Assembly (NCBI GenBank): GCA_900318685.1 | Contig: ONLL01000004.1 | Span: 30,694-94,693, forward strand | DNA: 64,000 nt | Direction: 5' to 3' | Source: an uncultured Prevotellaceae bacterium | GTDB taxonomy: Bacteria; Bacteroidota; Bacteroidia; Bacteroidales; Bacteroidaceae | Shown here: in pieces, positions 48,389 through 58,181 of the stretch | Layout: every line of letters begins with the position of its first letter | How positions within the stretch are numbered: position 1 is the first letter of the stretch | Program-made: the position numbers and the translations under genes | Notes under the pieces: generated by a model | What the model saw: only the letters and a program-made list of their open reading frames with translations | The model's database searches: none | What the model was told of the DNA's origin: nothing

Positions 48389-49773
48389 AGATTGGTCTGA
48401 CTATCCTGTTGATCATCCTGCTTCACCCTGTCATACTACATGCACAGCGCTTCAGCCGCGACTATCGCGACAGGCCCATGACCGAGGTGCTCAGTGACCT
48501 GGCGACAGCTGGAGGCCAGCGCATCGTCTTCATCCATGATGAGCTGGAGGATTTCACCGTCACCCAGCAGTTCGAGTCGCTCAGCATCGTCGATGCCATC
48601 CGCGCCTGCATCGGCTTCTATCCCATCAGTCTCAGTTGTCAGGGTGACTCCATCCTGATTGTCAAGTGCACACAGAAAGCCCGTCGCCGCCTCATCGGCC
48701 ACCTGACGGATGAGCACGACATGCCCGTCAGCTATGCCAACATCACGCTCTATTCGCCCATCGACTCCACTATTATTAATAAAGGTGTAAGCAACCAGAA
48801 CGGCCGATTCGTCATTCCTTGTGACACGGCAGAGTTCATAATGCGGGTCAGCCATATTGCTTACAAGCCACTCCGTCGCCGGTGCCAGCCCACCAACATT
48901 GGCACGCTGCGCCTTGAGACGGCACTGGAGCCGATTGACAGCCTCAGCATCGTTGCCAGCCGCACAAAACAGAAAGAGCAGACCTACAGGTTGCTGGCGC
49001 AGATGGTGGACGTGAATGTGTGGAACATGGGCTTGCCACAGTTCAACATTGACACGATACCCCTCAAATATCGCGATGCGCCAGCCGTCGTACTGGCCGA
49101 ATACGACAGCATCTGCTACAGTGAGCACCATGATCCTCTTCTGAAAATCAGCAGCAAGCGATGGATAGGCAGCCGATGGCTGGAGACCACCCACCTGCAC
49201 CGCGTCCGATATATGGTAAACAGTGCCGAAGGGGTCAGGAGATTGTCGCACTTTGCCTACTCCACCCAGACCGATGTCACCAACTTCGTGATGTACAAGA
49301 CCACCTTCGTGGGCATCCGTATCATCAGCCCTGACGGTGGAATACACACGGTGAACACCCTACCCTACTTCACACCCCGCAAGCTGAAGCCGCAGCAGGA
49401 CGGAACAGGCGTCGACAGCATTAGCATTGCCCCGCTGACAACGGGCGACATCGTCGACCTTTACGTCTTCCACCGCTACAAAGAGCCCCTTTCGCCCTAC
49501 GTCATGCACTTCCCCACCGGCTTCCCTGTACTGAGCTACGAGGCACGCGCAGTGGCAGGCCAACACGTCAGCATCAGTTTTGAAGAGCATCATTCACCTG
49601 CCACCGCTCAGTTGAAAGGAGATGGCAATCAGCAGATACTGACTTATCACCTGCACGACTATTGGTCGAAAGAGGCCCGCACGCCATCCTTCACCCTGCT
49701 GAAGGCGCAGACCTCCGGCAGTCAGCAGCCCAGCATCAAGGCTACGGCAACGGAACTATCAGAAACAAAATAA
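48385..49773 (+). CDS. Exported protein with STN-like and carboxypeptidase-regulatory-like domains, no TonB barrel
   Basis: Signal peptide; RDYRDRPMTEVL; GHLTDEHDMPVSYANITL..GVSNQNGRF..VSHIAY. Confidence 0.65.
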   Translation: MKIGLTILLIILLHPVILHAQRFSRDYRDRPMTEVLSDLATAGGQRIVFIHDELEDFTVTQQFESLSIVDAIRACIGFYPISLSCQGDSILIVKCTQKARRRLIGHLTDEHDMPVSYANITLYSPIDSTIINKGVSNQNGRFVIPCDTAEFIMRVSHIAYKPLRRRCQPTNIGTLRLETALEPIDSLSIVASRTKQKEQTYRLLAQMVDVNVWNMGLPQFNIDTIPLKYRDAPAVVLAEYDSICYSEHHDPLLKISSKRWIGSRWLETTHLHRVRYMVNSAEGVRRLSHFAYSTQTDVTNFVMYKTTFVGIRIISPDGGIHTVNTLPYFTPRKLKPQQDGTGVDSISIAPLTTGDIVDLYVFHRYKEPLSPYVMHFPTGFPVLSYEARAVAGQHVSISFEEHHSPATAQLKGDGNQQILTYHLHDYWSKEARTPSFTLLKAQTSGSQQPSIKATATELSETK

Positions 49774-49781
49774 GAAGAGAG

Positions 49782-50420
49782 ATGAAACAGTTGAAGACAA
49801 CACTCCTGCTGCTTGCCAGCATCATCTGGCAGGGAGCACAGGCACAAGAAACGAGTACTGCCGTAGAGGGCATCGACCCCAACGACCCCTTTGAGATGCA
49901 GAAACCGCAAAGCGACAACCGAGCCATAAGCTCACTGACGGCAAACTTCTCGCCGGGTTGGATAACGTCAGAAGTGGAGACGCCACACTATGGCTCCCAT
50001 AGCTGGCAGCCAGGCAGCGGCTTCGAATTGGCCTATCGATACATCGGGAATCATGGATACGGTTTCGCCCTGACCTATTCGAACAACAGCACCGAATATG
50101 ACGGCGCCTACCAACTGGGACTAACCGGCATCACCGGCTCGGTCGTCTACGGTGGGCGTATCGCCCGTCAGTGGATAGCGAGTGTTGAGGTCGGAATAGG
50201 ATATACGTACTATACCGATGGCGGACATAAGTCGCAAGACGGTCTTGCTACCCGCTACGCATTCAGCTTTGAGTACCAGCTTGCCAAGCACTTCGGTATC
50301 GGAATAGGAATGTCGAACCAGTTATCGAGATTCCCTGGCAACAACTACAGCATGGCGAAAGACAAGATAAACGGTTTCAGCCGCCTCGCCTTGAACGCCG
50401 GATTGCACATATACCTTTAA
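49782..50420 (+). CDS. Small outer-membrane beta-barrel protein
   Basis: Signal peptide; alternating aromatic/Gly strands; C-terminal LNAGLHIYL. Confidence 0.7.
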   Translation: MKQLKTTLLLLASIIWQGAQAQETSTAVEGIDPNDPFEMQKPQSDNRAISSLTANFSPGWITSEVETPHYGSHSWQPGSGFELAYRYIGNHGYGFALTYSNNSTEYDGAYQLGLTGITGSVVYGGRIARQWIASVEVGIGYTYYTDGGHKSQDGLATRYAFSFEYQLAKHFGIGIGMSNQLSRFPGNNYSMAKDKINGFSRLALNAGLHIYL

Positions 50421-50437
50421 TACATATAGCACACACC

Positions 50438-51070
50438 ATGAACAGAACCATCATCGTCCTCTGCCTTCTACTCACATCATTGGCCACCAAGGCCCAAGGC
50501 AGCTACTGCAACACATTTGCCGAATATATCGGCGGACACTTCACCCAGCTCGAACAGCTGCAGATGCAGACACGCTCAAAGAGCAAAAGAATCTGGTGGG
50601 GTGGCGTCGACTTCCAACCCGTCACTGGCGACAAAGCCACCGACAAGATACTGAAGAAACAGGCATGCGTCGTCATGTATCATGACTCGATCTACCTGAA
50701 CTGCCGCAACTTGAGTTGCCAGGGCGTGGCCTTTGGCAAGGGGTATGCCCGGGCCTATGTTTTTGAACGCGACTACCTGCTCTTCTGCGCCCAAAGCATC
50801 AAAGCACGCCAAAAAACCAGTTCGGCCGCGCTGGCCTTCGGACTATTAGGGGGAACTATCGCCGCATCGAGCTTATCCGATAACTACAGTTGCTACATCC
50901 TCAACCCTGGCACGGGCGTCGTGGAACTCATCGACAAGAACGTGATGCACCGCCTGCTGGAGGAACGCAACGACCTCGAGATGGAATACCGCCTCACCGA
51001 CCCTAAGCTGAACTTCCATCCCGAGACCCTCCTCCCCTTCCTGATCAAGCAAGGGCTCATCGAGGAATGA
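50438..51070 (+). CDS. Exported hypothetical protein
   Basis: Signal peptide; AFGLLGGTIAA glycine-zipper-like segment. Confidence 0.65.
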   Translation: MNRTIIVLCLLLTSLATKAQGSYCNTFAEYIGGHFTQLEQLQMQTRSKSKRIWWGGVDFQPVTGDKATDKILKKQACVVMYHDSIYLNCRNLSCQGVAFGKGYARAYVFERDYLLFCAQSIKARQKTSSAALAFGLLGGTIAASSLSDNYSCYILNPGTGVVELIDKNVMHRLLEERNDLEMEYRLTDPKLNFHPETLLPFLIKQGLIEE

Positions 51071-51307
51071 TGTTGATGCTATCCTCTTTGCCGACTGGGT
51101 AAAAACACTTTTTTTCTCAGAATATTCGTGTTTTTGAAAAGTTTTTCGTACCTTTGCACCCGATTTCAGTAATTCATTAAAACAAGAAAACAAATTATGG
51201 ACGATTACCCGGCGGATAGTAACAAACGTTAGGCGGGAGGAATCGGCAGAACAACGCACTGCTAGTCCTCTGGCCATGAACCCTTTAGCAAAAGAGGATT
51301 AGCAACA

Positions 51308-52234
51308 ATGAAGACATTTTGGAACACCCAAGGTGGGCTTAGCCAACTCCAGGAGTGGCAGCCCAACAGCTGGATACAAGTGACTTGCCCCACAGAAGAG
51401 GACCAGCACGAACTTGAGGAACAGTTCGGTATACCCGACTATTTCATCACCGACATCAGCGATACTGACGAGCGTGCCCGTTACGAATACGACGACGGAT
51501 GGATGCTCATCATCCTGCGTATACCTTATGTAAAGGAGATTCGCTCACGCACGCCCTATACCACCGTGCCACTGGGCATCATCCACAAGCGCGACGTCAC
51601 CATCACCGTCTGCTATTATGAGACGAACATGATGATTGACTTTGTCAGCTACCAGCAGAAGCGTGGCGTAGGTTTCACTGACTATGTCGACATGATCTTC
51701 CGATTGTTCTACAGCAGCGCCGTCTGGTATCTGAAGCGACTGAAGCAGATCAACTCGCTCATCGACAAAGCCAAGCGCAACCTCGACCGTGACGTGAACA
51801 ACGAGTCGCTGATAGGACTTAGCCGCTTGCAGGATTCGCTCACCTATTTCCAAACCTCCATCCGAGGCAACGAGACACTGCTCTCGAAACTGAAGTTCAA
51901 GCTCCAGATCGATGAGCTCGATGCCGACCTCATCGAAGACGTGAACATTGAGATGACCCAGGCCCGCGAGACAACGGCCATCTACTCTGACATCCTCGAG
52001 TCGACAATGGACACCTATTCGAGCATCATCAACAACAACATGAACACCGTGATGCGTACGCTGACTTCCGTCACCATCATCATGATGTTTCCAACGCTCA
52101 TTGCCTCACTCTTTGGAATGAACCTCATCAATGGTATGGAAGAGAAACCATTCGGTTTTGTATTGGCACTCATCATCTCTGTGGGCACTGCTGCTGCTGC
52201 CTGGTGGTTCTTCCGTCACAAGCGATTAGTGTGA
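51308..52234 (+). CDS. corA: CorA-family Mg2+ transporter
   Basis: DTDERAR, SIINNNMNTVM, PTLIASLFGMN signature, two C-terminal TMs. Confidence 0.92.
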   Translation: MKTFWNTQGGLSQLQEWQPNSWIQVTCPTEEDQHELEEQFGIPDYFITDISDTDERARYEYDDGWMLIILRIPYVKEIRSRTPYTTVPLGIIHKRDVTITVCYYETNMMIDFVSYQQKRGVGFTDYVDMIFRLFYSSAVWYLKRLKQINSLIDKAKRNLDRDVNNESLIGLSRLQDSLTYFQTSIRGNETLLSKLKFKLQIDELDADLIEDVNIEMTQARETTAIYSDILESTMDTYSSIINNNMNTVMRTLTSVTIIMMFPTLIASLFGMNLINGMEEKPFGFVLALIISVGTAAAAWWFFRHKRLV

Positions 52235-52385
52235 GTTCAAAGGCACGAAACAAGGAGAAAGAAGTTAAATAACATTAAAAGTGAACACAAAACCGAGAAT
52301 ACCTCACTTCTAACTCCTAACTTTTTCGTACTTTTGGCAACGAATTGTGAACATACGTATCAAATCAGTAACTTAAAACAGTTAA

Positions 52386-54377
52386 ATGATGGACTCTCAA
52401 GAGAACAACCTCGTCAGCGCAAACGCTGCTTCGCCAGTCGAAGAAACAGGGAAACAAGAGGAAGTAAAAACAGAAGAGCAGGTGCCTACCACAGCACCAG
52501 AGGCTTCTGAAGTAAAGCCAACTGAGGCAGAACCACAAGCACCAGAGGCAACGGCAGAGCCGGCTCCAGCTGAAGAAGCAGCTGAGCCCGCTAGCGATGA
52601 GCCTGTCTTCCAGGAAGAACCTGTAGCTGAGGACGAGCCTGAAAAGCCAGTAGAAGATCGCAAGGTCTATGCCACAAAGTCGGAGGTGCTGGATCGTGTG
52701 AAGGAAATTGCCCACGGTGAGGAGCCCCCACAAAAAGACGAAGTTGAATACTTGAAGACTGCTTTCTACAAGCTTCATATCGCCGAAAGAGAAGCCAAGC
52801 TGAGGGAATACATCGACAATGGCGGTGACCCCGAGGCCTACCAAATCACTCCTGATGAGGAAGAGGAGGTATTCAAGGCAGAGATGGGCGTAATCAAGGA
52901 ACGTCGCCAGCAGCAGTTCCGCGAAATGGAGGCAGAGAAAGAAGAGAACCTGAAGAAGAAGCTCGCCATCATTGATAAGCTGAAAGCTATGGTCACCTCG
53001 CCTGAGGAAGCCAGCAAGACATACCAAGAGTTCAAAGCTCTCCAGCAGGAATGGCGCGAAATCAGATCGGTTCCTGCCGAGCGTGCCAACGAGCTGTGGC
53101 GTAACTACCAACTCTATGTCGAGCAGTTCTACGACCTGCTGAAACTCAACAGTGAAGCCCGTGAACTCGACTTTAAAAAGAATCTGGAAGCCAAGACTCG
53201 TCTTTGTGAAGCTGCCGAGAAACTGGCAGAGGAAGCCGATGTCATCAGTGCTTTCCACCAGTTGCAGAAGCTGCATCAGGAATATCGCGAAATAGGCCCT
53301 GTGAGCAAAGAGCTCCGCGAGGAGATCTGGCAGCGCTTCAAAGCTGCCTCGACTGTCATCAATAAGCGTCATCAGCAGCACTTTGAGAGTCTTCGTGCTC
53401 GCGAAGAAGAGAACTTGGCCAAGAAGACCGCTCTCTGTGAAAAAGTTGAGGAAATCCTGAAAGAAGAGAACAAAGGCAGTGCTGACTGGGACCGCCACAC
53501 TCAGGAGATCATCGCTCTCCAGGGAGAATGGAAGACCGTTGGCTTTGCCCCACAAAAGATGAACGTGAAGATCTTCGAGCGCTTCCGCGCTGCCTGTGAC
53601 ACGTTCTTTGCCAGCAAAGCAGAGCATTTCCGCTCGTTGAAAGAGTCATACAAGGAAAACATTGAAAAGAAACGCGCCCTCATCGAGAAAGCTAAAGCTC
53701 TGCAGGACAGCACAGAATGGCGCTCCACCAGCGATAAGCTCATCGCCTTGCAAAAGGAGTGGAAGACCATCGGTATGGTGCCCAAGAAAGTAGGCGATCA
53801 GCTGTGGGAGGAGTTCTTGGCTGCCTGCAACAAGTTCTTCGAAGCACGCAACGCGGCAGGAGCTGGACAGCGAGGCGAGGAGCGTCAGAACCTTGAGAAA
53901 AAGCGTGACGTCATCAGTCGCATGAAAGCTGTGGCCGAGGAAGGTGGCGACGACGTGCAGGCCAAGGTGCAAGCCCTCGTTGAGGAATACAATGCCATCG
54001 GTCATGTGCCCTTCAAAGAAAAGGACAAACTCTATGAAGAGTACCATGCTATGCTCGATAAGCTTTATAAGGATCTTAACATCTCAGTGGCCCGCCGTCG
54101 CCTGAACAAGTTCAAGGACAGCTTGAAGCAGGTGGTGGAACGTGGCGAAGGAGCACTCGACAATGAGCGTGCACGCCTCATGCGCCAGTACGAGCAACTG
54201 AAACAGGAGGTTCAAACCTACGAGAACAACCTCGGATTCCTGAGCGCCAGCTCAAAGAAGGGCAACTCACTCATCGACGAGATGAACCGTAAAGTGCAGA
54301 AGCTGAAGGACGACATTCAGCTCGTGAAGGAGAAAATCAAGGCTATCGATGCCGAGAATGCTGCGAAGGAGCAGTAA
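52386..54377 (+). CDS. DUF349 domain-containing coiled-coil protein
   Basis: Repeated LQxEWKxIGxVP...LWxRFxAA units; acidic N-terminal linker. Confidence 0.9.
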   Translation: MMDSQENNLVSANAASPVEETGKQEEVKTEEQVPTTAPEASEVKPTEAEPQAPEATAEPAPAEEAAEPASDEPVFQEEPVAEDEPEKPVEDRKVYATKSEVLDRVKEIAHGEEPPQKDEVEYLKTAFYKLHIAEREAKLREYIDNGGDPEAYQITPDEEEEVFKAEMGVIKERRQQQFREMEAEKEENLKKKLAIIDKLKAMVTSPEEASKTYQEFKALQQEWREIRSVPAERANELWRNYQLYVEQFYDLLKLNSEARELDFKKNLEAKTRLCEAAEKLAEEADVISAFHQLQKLHQEYREIGPVSKELREEIWQRFKAASTVINKRHQQHFESLRAREEENLAKKTALCEKVEEILKEENKGSADWDRHTQEIIALQGEWKTVGFAPQKMNVKIFERFRAACDTFFASKAEHFRSLKESYKENIEKKRALIEKAKALQDSTEWRSTSDKLIALQKEWKTIGMVPKKVGDQLWEEFLAACNKFFEARNAAGAGQRGEERQNLEKKRDVISRMKAVAEEGGDDVQAKVQALVEEYNAIGHVPFKEKDKLYEEYHAMLDKLYKDLNISVARRRLNKFKDSLKQVVERGEGALDNERARLMRQYEQLKQEVQTYENNLGFLSASSKKGNSLIDEMNRKVQKLKDDIQLVKEKIKAIDAENAAKEQ

Positions 54378-54400
54378 TGATTATTGTCATTCCCAGAATA

Positions 54401-54438
54401 GGACGGCAGGGGCTTTGAGTCTCTGCCGTTCATCTTTG
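54401..54438 (+). terminator. Probable terminator
   Basis: ggacggcaggg...ctctgccgttc hairpin followed by atcttt. Confidence 0.55.
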
Positions 54439-54696
54439 ATGAACCCTCTCTGAAACGAACATAATATAGCATATTTATCCTTCAAATATTTTTTTTATCA
54501 TTTTTTCTCAAAAATATACTTGTTTTTCCTTTTTTTTTTGTATCTTTGCTGCCAACTAGCGACCTTCTTTGGAAAAAGAGCTATTCATCTTGCTTACTGG
54601 ACATCAGTGCATAGTATGGAAAGACGTTGCAAAATAGGAATTTCACTCGGCCGCCACACAAAAATGTGGTGACCCTCTCCTTTGCATTGCCCCCTC

Positions 54697-55278
54697 ATGA
54701 ATACTGCTGAAAAGACAAGCACACCATCCCAGGCATTGACATGGTTTCCCATGCGGGTGACGTATTGCAGAGAACTTAAAATCAAGGAATGCCTGGACAA
54801 CCTGAAGGTGGAAAGCTATGTCCCCATGCACTATGAGTTGGTAGATGTCAAAAATCAGAGGCAACTCATGAGGGTGCCTGCCATACACAACCTCATTTTC
54901 GTTCGCTCAACACAAGAGGCGCTCACAAGCATGAAGATGACTCGCCAAGAATTGGAACCCTTACGCTATATGATGAGGCCTACTGACGACGGTTCCAAAA
55001 GGCGGGAGATCATACGTATTCCCGACAAGCAGATGGAGGACTTCATCCGTGTCTCGTCAGCAGAAGACGAGCGTGTGATCTTCCTGAACTATAGTAGTTA
55101 CCTGGCAAAGCCTGGACAGCGCGTAAAGGTCACACAAGGACACTTCGCAGGAGTGGAGGGAGTCATCAAGCGCATCAACAACAACAAACGAGTAGTAGTG
55201 CAGATTGACGGTGTGGCAGCTGTGGCCATCACCTATGTACCTACCGAACATCTCATAGCAATCAACGAGAACTATTAA
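54697..55278 (+). CDS. upxY: UpxY-family (NusG paralog) transcription antiterminator
   Basis: WFPMRVTY.RE, VPAIHNLIFVR, IPDKQMEDFI, KOW motif GQRVKVTQGHFAGVEG; promoter box TATCTTTG at 54541. Confidence 0.88.
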   Translation: MNTAEKTSTPSQALTWFPMRVTYCRELKIKECLDNLKVESYVPMHYELVDVKNQRQLMRVPAIHNLIFVRSTQEALTSMKMTRQELEPLRYMMRPTDDGSKRREIIRIPDKQMEDFIRVSSAEDERVIFLNYSSYLAKPGQRVKVTQGHFAGVEGVIKRINNNKRVVVQIDGVAAVAITYVPTEHLIAINENY

Positions 55279-55295
55279 CCCATAAACTGATAAAT

Positions 55296-57653
55296 ATGGA
55301 CAAGTATTCAGAGCTTTTAGCAAATCTGCCATTCGACTTGCTGCACATCGCACAGTCGTTTGCTAATGACAACAAGTCGCCAAAGATCGAACCTGCCCAC
55401 TTGCTACGTGCCTTGCTGCACAAGAGTGCCGGGCTGGTGAACTACATCGAGGACACCCTCGATGAGGACTATTACTACCTCGTGGACTGGACCGACATGC
55501 GCATGAAGCAGTGCGACAAGTCGCCATACGGAATGAAAGGCATCGAGCTGTCGCACGATTCCCAGAATGTGGTAAAAGAAGCTAAGGACATTGCTGAGAA
55601 AGCTGGCCTGAGCGAGCTAACGGCACCCTGTCTGCTGGCTTCTCTCGTAACTCCAGGCATCGGCTTCTCCTACGAGCAGTTGAAGACGCTCCCCCTGCAG
55701 CCCGACAAGATCTTGAAGCAGATAGGCAGCGGAGCCCCCGTGCGTCCAGCCGCTAGCACAGCCGGTTCTTCCTCTTTCAGCTCTGCATCGTCACAACCAG
55801 CCGACAATGGCTACTGCATTGACATGCTGGCCGAACTGCCTGAGGCCCCGATTATTGGCTTTGACAAGGAGGTACTCTCCATGACTGAGGTGCTGGCTCG
55901 TAAAGACCGTGCCAACCTGCTCATCGTTGGCGAGACGGGCGTTGGCAAGACCAGCCTCATCAGCGGTATCCTCCAACGCGTTAGAGACAAAAAGGTACCT
56001 GCATCGCTTGAGGCCCTACAGCCGTTCGAACTGGATCTCATTGCCCTGTCACAGGGTGTAAGCTACAAAGGTGAGATTGAGGACCGCTTCAAGCAGATTA
56101 CCGAGCAGCTACTCAACCTGACGCAACCGCTACTGGTCATCGAGAACTTCCACCGTGTCGAGGACAAGCAGTCTACTCTCAACGGCATCCTGCCCGGCCT
56201 GAAGAAGTTGCTTTCCAAGAACCAGCTTCAAGTGCTGATCACTGCTACTATCGATGGTTTCACAAAGGATATTGAGAAAGACAAGGAGTTGACAGCTTTC
56301 TTCGAGAAGATCAGTGTCGAGGAGCCCACCGAACAGCAGGCCATCGACATCATTCAGGCTAAGCGCCAGAGCTATGAGGACTTCCACCACCTGCCCATCG
56401 ACGATGAGGTTCCGGCAGAGATAGTACGCCTAGCTAAGCGTTACATGCCCGACCGCCATCTGCCCTCCTCAGCACTCGACCTGCTCGACCGTGCAATGGC
56501 ATCCACAAAGATTGCCAATGAGATGGCTGCTTTGGGAGGTGAAGCCGCCATAGCTGAGAAACTGGTGAAAGATGCAGTACGCGATGTGGTTGCCAAGATG
56601 ACTGGCATACCTATGGGTAACATCCAGAGCGAGGAGCGCGAGAAGCTCTCTAATGCCGACCAGATTCTACATAAGCGTGTCGTCGGTCAGAACCATGCCA
56701 TTAAGAGCATCCTCGATGCCATCTTTGAGAGTCGCTCCGGCCTGAACAAGAAAGGACAGCCCATGGGTTCGTTCTTCTTCCTTGGCCCGACAGGTACTGG
56801 TAAGACGGAGTTGGCCAAGTCACTTGCCGACTTCCTATTCAACGATGAGACAGCCATGTTGCGCTTCGACATGTCGGAATACAAGGAAGAGCACTCCGTG
56901 GCACTCCTTTATGGTGCACCTCCGGGATATGTTGGTTATGAAGAGGGTGGTCTGCTGGTCAACCAGATTCGCCAGCACCCCTACTCCGTCGTTTTATTTG
57001 ACGAGATTGAGAAAGCCCATAAGTCGGTATTCGACCTCTTCCTGCAGATCCTGGATGAGGGTAAGTTGCACGACCGCCTGGGACGTGTTGGAGACTTCTC
57101 CAACTCACTCATCATCTTTACGTCGAATATCGGAAGCGAGTACATCTTCAAATCATTCGGCGAGGGTAAGGTACCCACTCACGACCAGCTGCTTGAGGTG
57201 ATGCAAGGACAATTCCGTCCTGAGTTCCTGGCACGCCTGACGGAGATCGTTCCATTCTCGCCAATCACTCCTGAGATGATCAACCGCATCTTCGACATCC
57301 ATATCAAGAACCTGCTGAAGACACTCAATGAGCAGAACATATCATTGGAAATCGACGATACCGCCCGCAAGTACGTCACCAGCGTAGGCTTCAATGCCCA
57401 CTATGGTGCTCGTCCTATCCTGGGCATTATCCGCAAGGAAATACGCCGACCTTTGTCGAAGCTCATCATCGCAGGAACCATCGCCCCTGGCGACAAGGTG
57501 ACAATGAAGTACGACGAGGAACAGAAGCAGATCGTATGGGACATCGACAGCCCAGATGATCCGGAAGCTCCGGAAACCTCAGAAAATCCGGTTTCTCCAG
57601 AAGTTCCGGAAACACCGGAAGCTCCGGCTAACCCAGAGAATCCCCAAGAATAA
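55296..57653 (+). CDS. tssH: T6SS ClpV/TssH AAA+ ATPase
   Basis: IEPAHLL Clp-N, GETGVGKT, GPTGTGKTE, RFDMSEY, GAPPGYVGY, FDEIEKAH; adjacent to tssB/tssC. Confidence 0.88.
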   Translation: MDKYSELLANLPFDLLHIAQSFANDNKSPKIEPAHLLRALLHKSAGLVNYIEDTLDEDYYYLVDWTDMRMKQCDKSPYGMKGIELSHDSQNVVKEAKDIAEKAGLSELTAPCLLASLVTPGIGFSYEQLKTLPLQPDKILKQIGSGAPVRPAASTAGSSSFSSASSQPADNGYCIDMLAELPEAPIIGFDKEVLSMTEVLARKDRANLLIVGETGVGKTSLISGILQRVRDKKVPASLEALQPFELDLIALSQGVSYKGEIEDRFKQITEQLLNLTQPLLVIENFHRVEDKQSTLNGILPGLKKLLSKNQLQVLITATIDGFTKDIEKDKELTAFFEKISVEEPTEQQAIDIIQAKRQSYEDFHHLPIDDEVPAEIVRLAKRYMPDRHLPSSALDLLDRAMASTKIANEMAALGGEAAIAEKLVKDAVRDVVAKMTGIPMGNIQSEEREKLSNADQILHKRVVGQNHAIKSILDAIFESRSGLNKKGQPMGSFFFLGPTGTGKTELAKSLADFLFNDETAMLRFDMSEYKEEHSVALLYGAPPGYVGYEEGGLLVNQIRQHPYSVVLFDEIEKAHKSVFDLFLQILDEGKLHDRLGRVGDFSNSLIIFTSNIGSEYIFKSFGEGKVPTHDQLLEVMQGQFRPEFLARLTEIVPFSPITPEMINRIFDIHIKNLLKTLNEQNISLEIDDTARKYVTSVGFNAHYGARPILGIIRKEIRRPLSKLIIAGTIAPGDKVTMKYDEEQKQIVWDIDSPDDPEAPETSENPVSPEVPETPEAPANPENPQE

Positions 57654-57687
57654 TCCCAATTATTAACCTATAAATAACCAAACAATT

Positions 57688-58143
57688 ATGGCAAGAAAAA
57701 CTGTTATTACCAAGGTCCTCGATGCAGAGGCCCAAGACGGCATTATCGAGTTCCCACAAAACCGAGCTCTCTACGCCGACCAGTTCACTGACGAAGCTCC
57801 TCAGAGTGATGACGAGCGCGAAGGCTTCAAGGCCAAGAGCATGAAGGATGTCTTTGAGCACTACCAGCCTAGCAAGAAAGACGTTGCTCTGGAGAACGAA
57901 GACGGTGGCGCTGTTTACGAAGATTTCGACTTTAAGGCCATCAAGGACTTCGAGGACGAGGCTCTCATCGAGAACAGCGAGCTGCTGAGTGCTGCTAAAG
58001 GCAAGATTGACGCATACAATTCTGTTATCCGTCAGTTGGAGAAGAACAAGTCACTGCGTAATGCCCTCAAGGATGAGGCTGCACGCGGCAACCTGAAGAA
58101 CGCTCTCAGGGCCCTTTTGGCCGAATTAGAGCAGGCTGAATAA
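57688..58143 (+). CDS. tssB: T6SS-iii contractile sheath small subunit TssB
   Basis: IIEFPQNRALYADQFT, VFEHYQP, FKAIKDF, LLAELE; Bacteroidota TssB pattern. Confidence 0.85.
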   Translation: MARKTVITKVLDAEAQDGIIEFPQNRALYADQFTDEAPQSDDEREGFKAKSMKDVFEHYQPSKKDVALENEDGGAVYEDFDFKAIKDFEDEALIENSELLSAAKGKIDAYNSVIRQLEKNKSLRNALKDEAARGNLKNALRALLAELEQAE

Positions 58144-58181
58144 TTTTGTAAATCGTAAATCAGTAAATCGTAAATACCATT

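Noticed and set aside
55296-57653. Housekeeping ClpB/ClpC
   Set aside because: No coiled-coil middle domain and embedded next to tssB/tssC/tssD, so called TssH.
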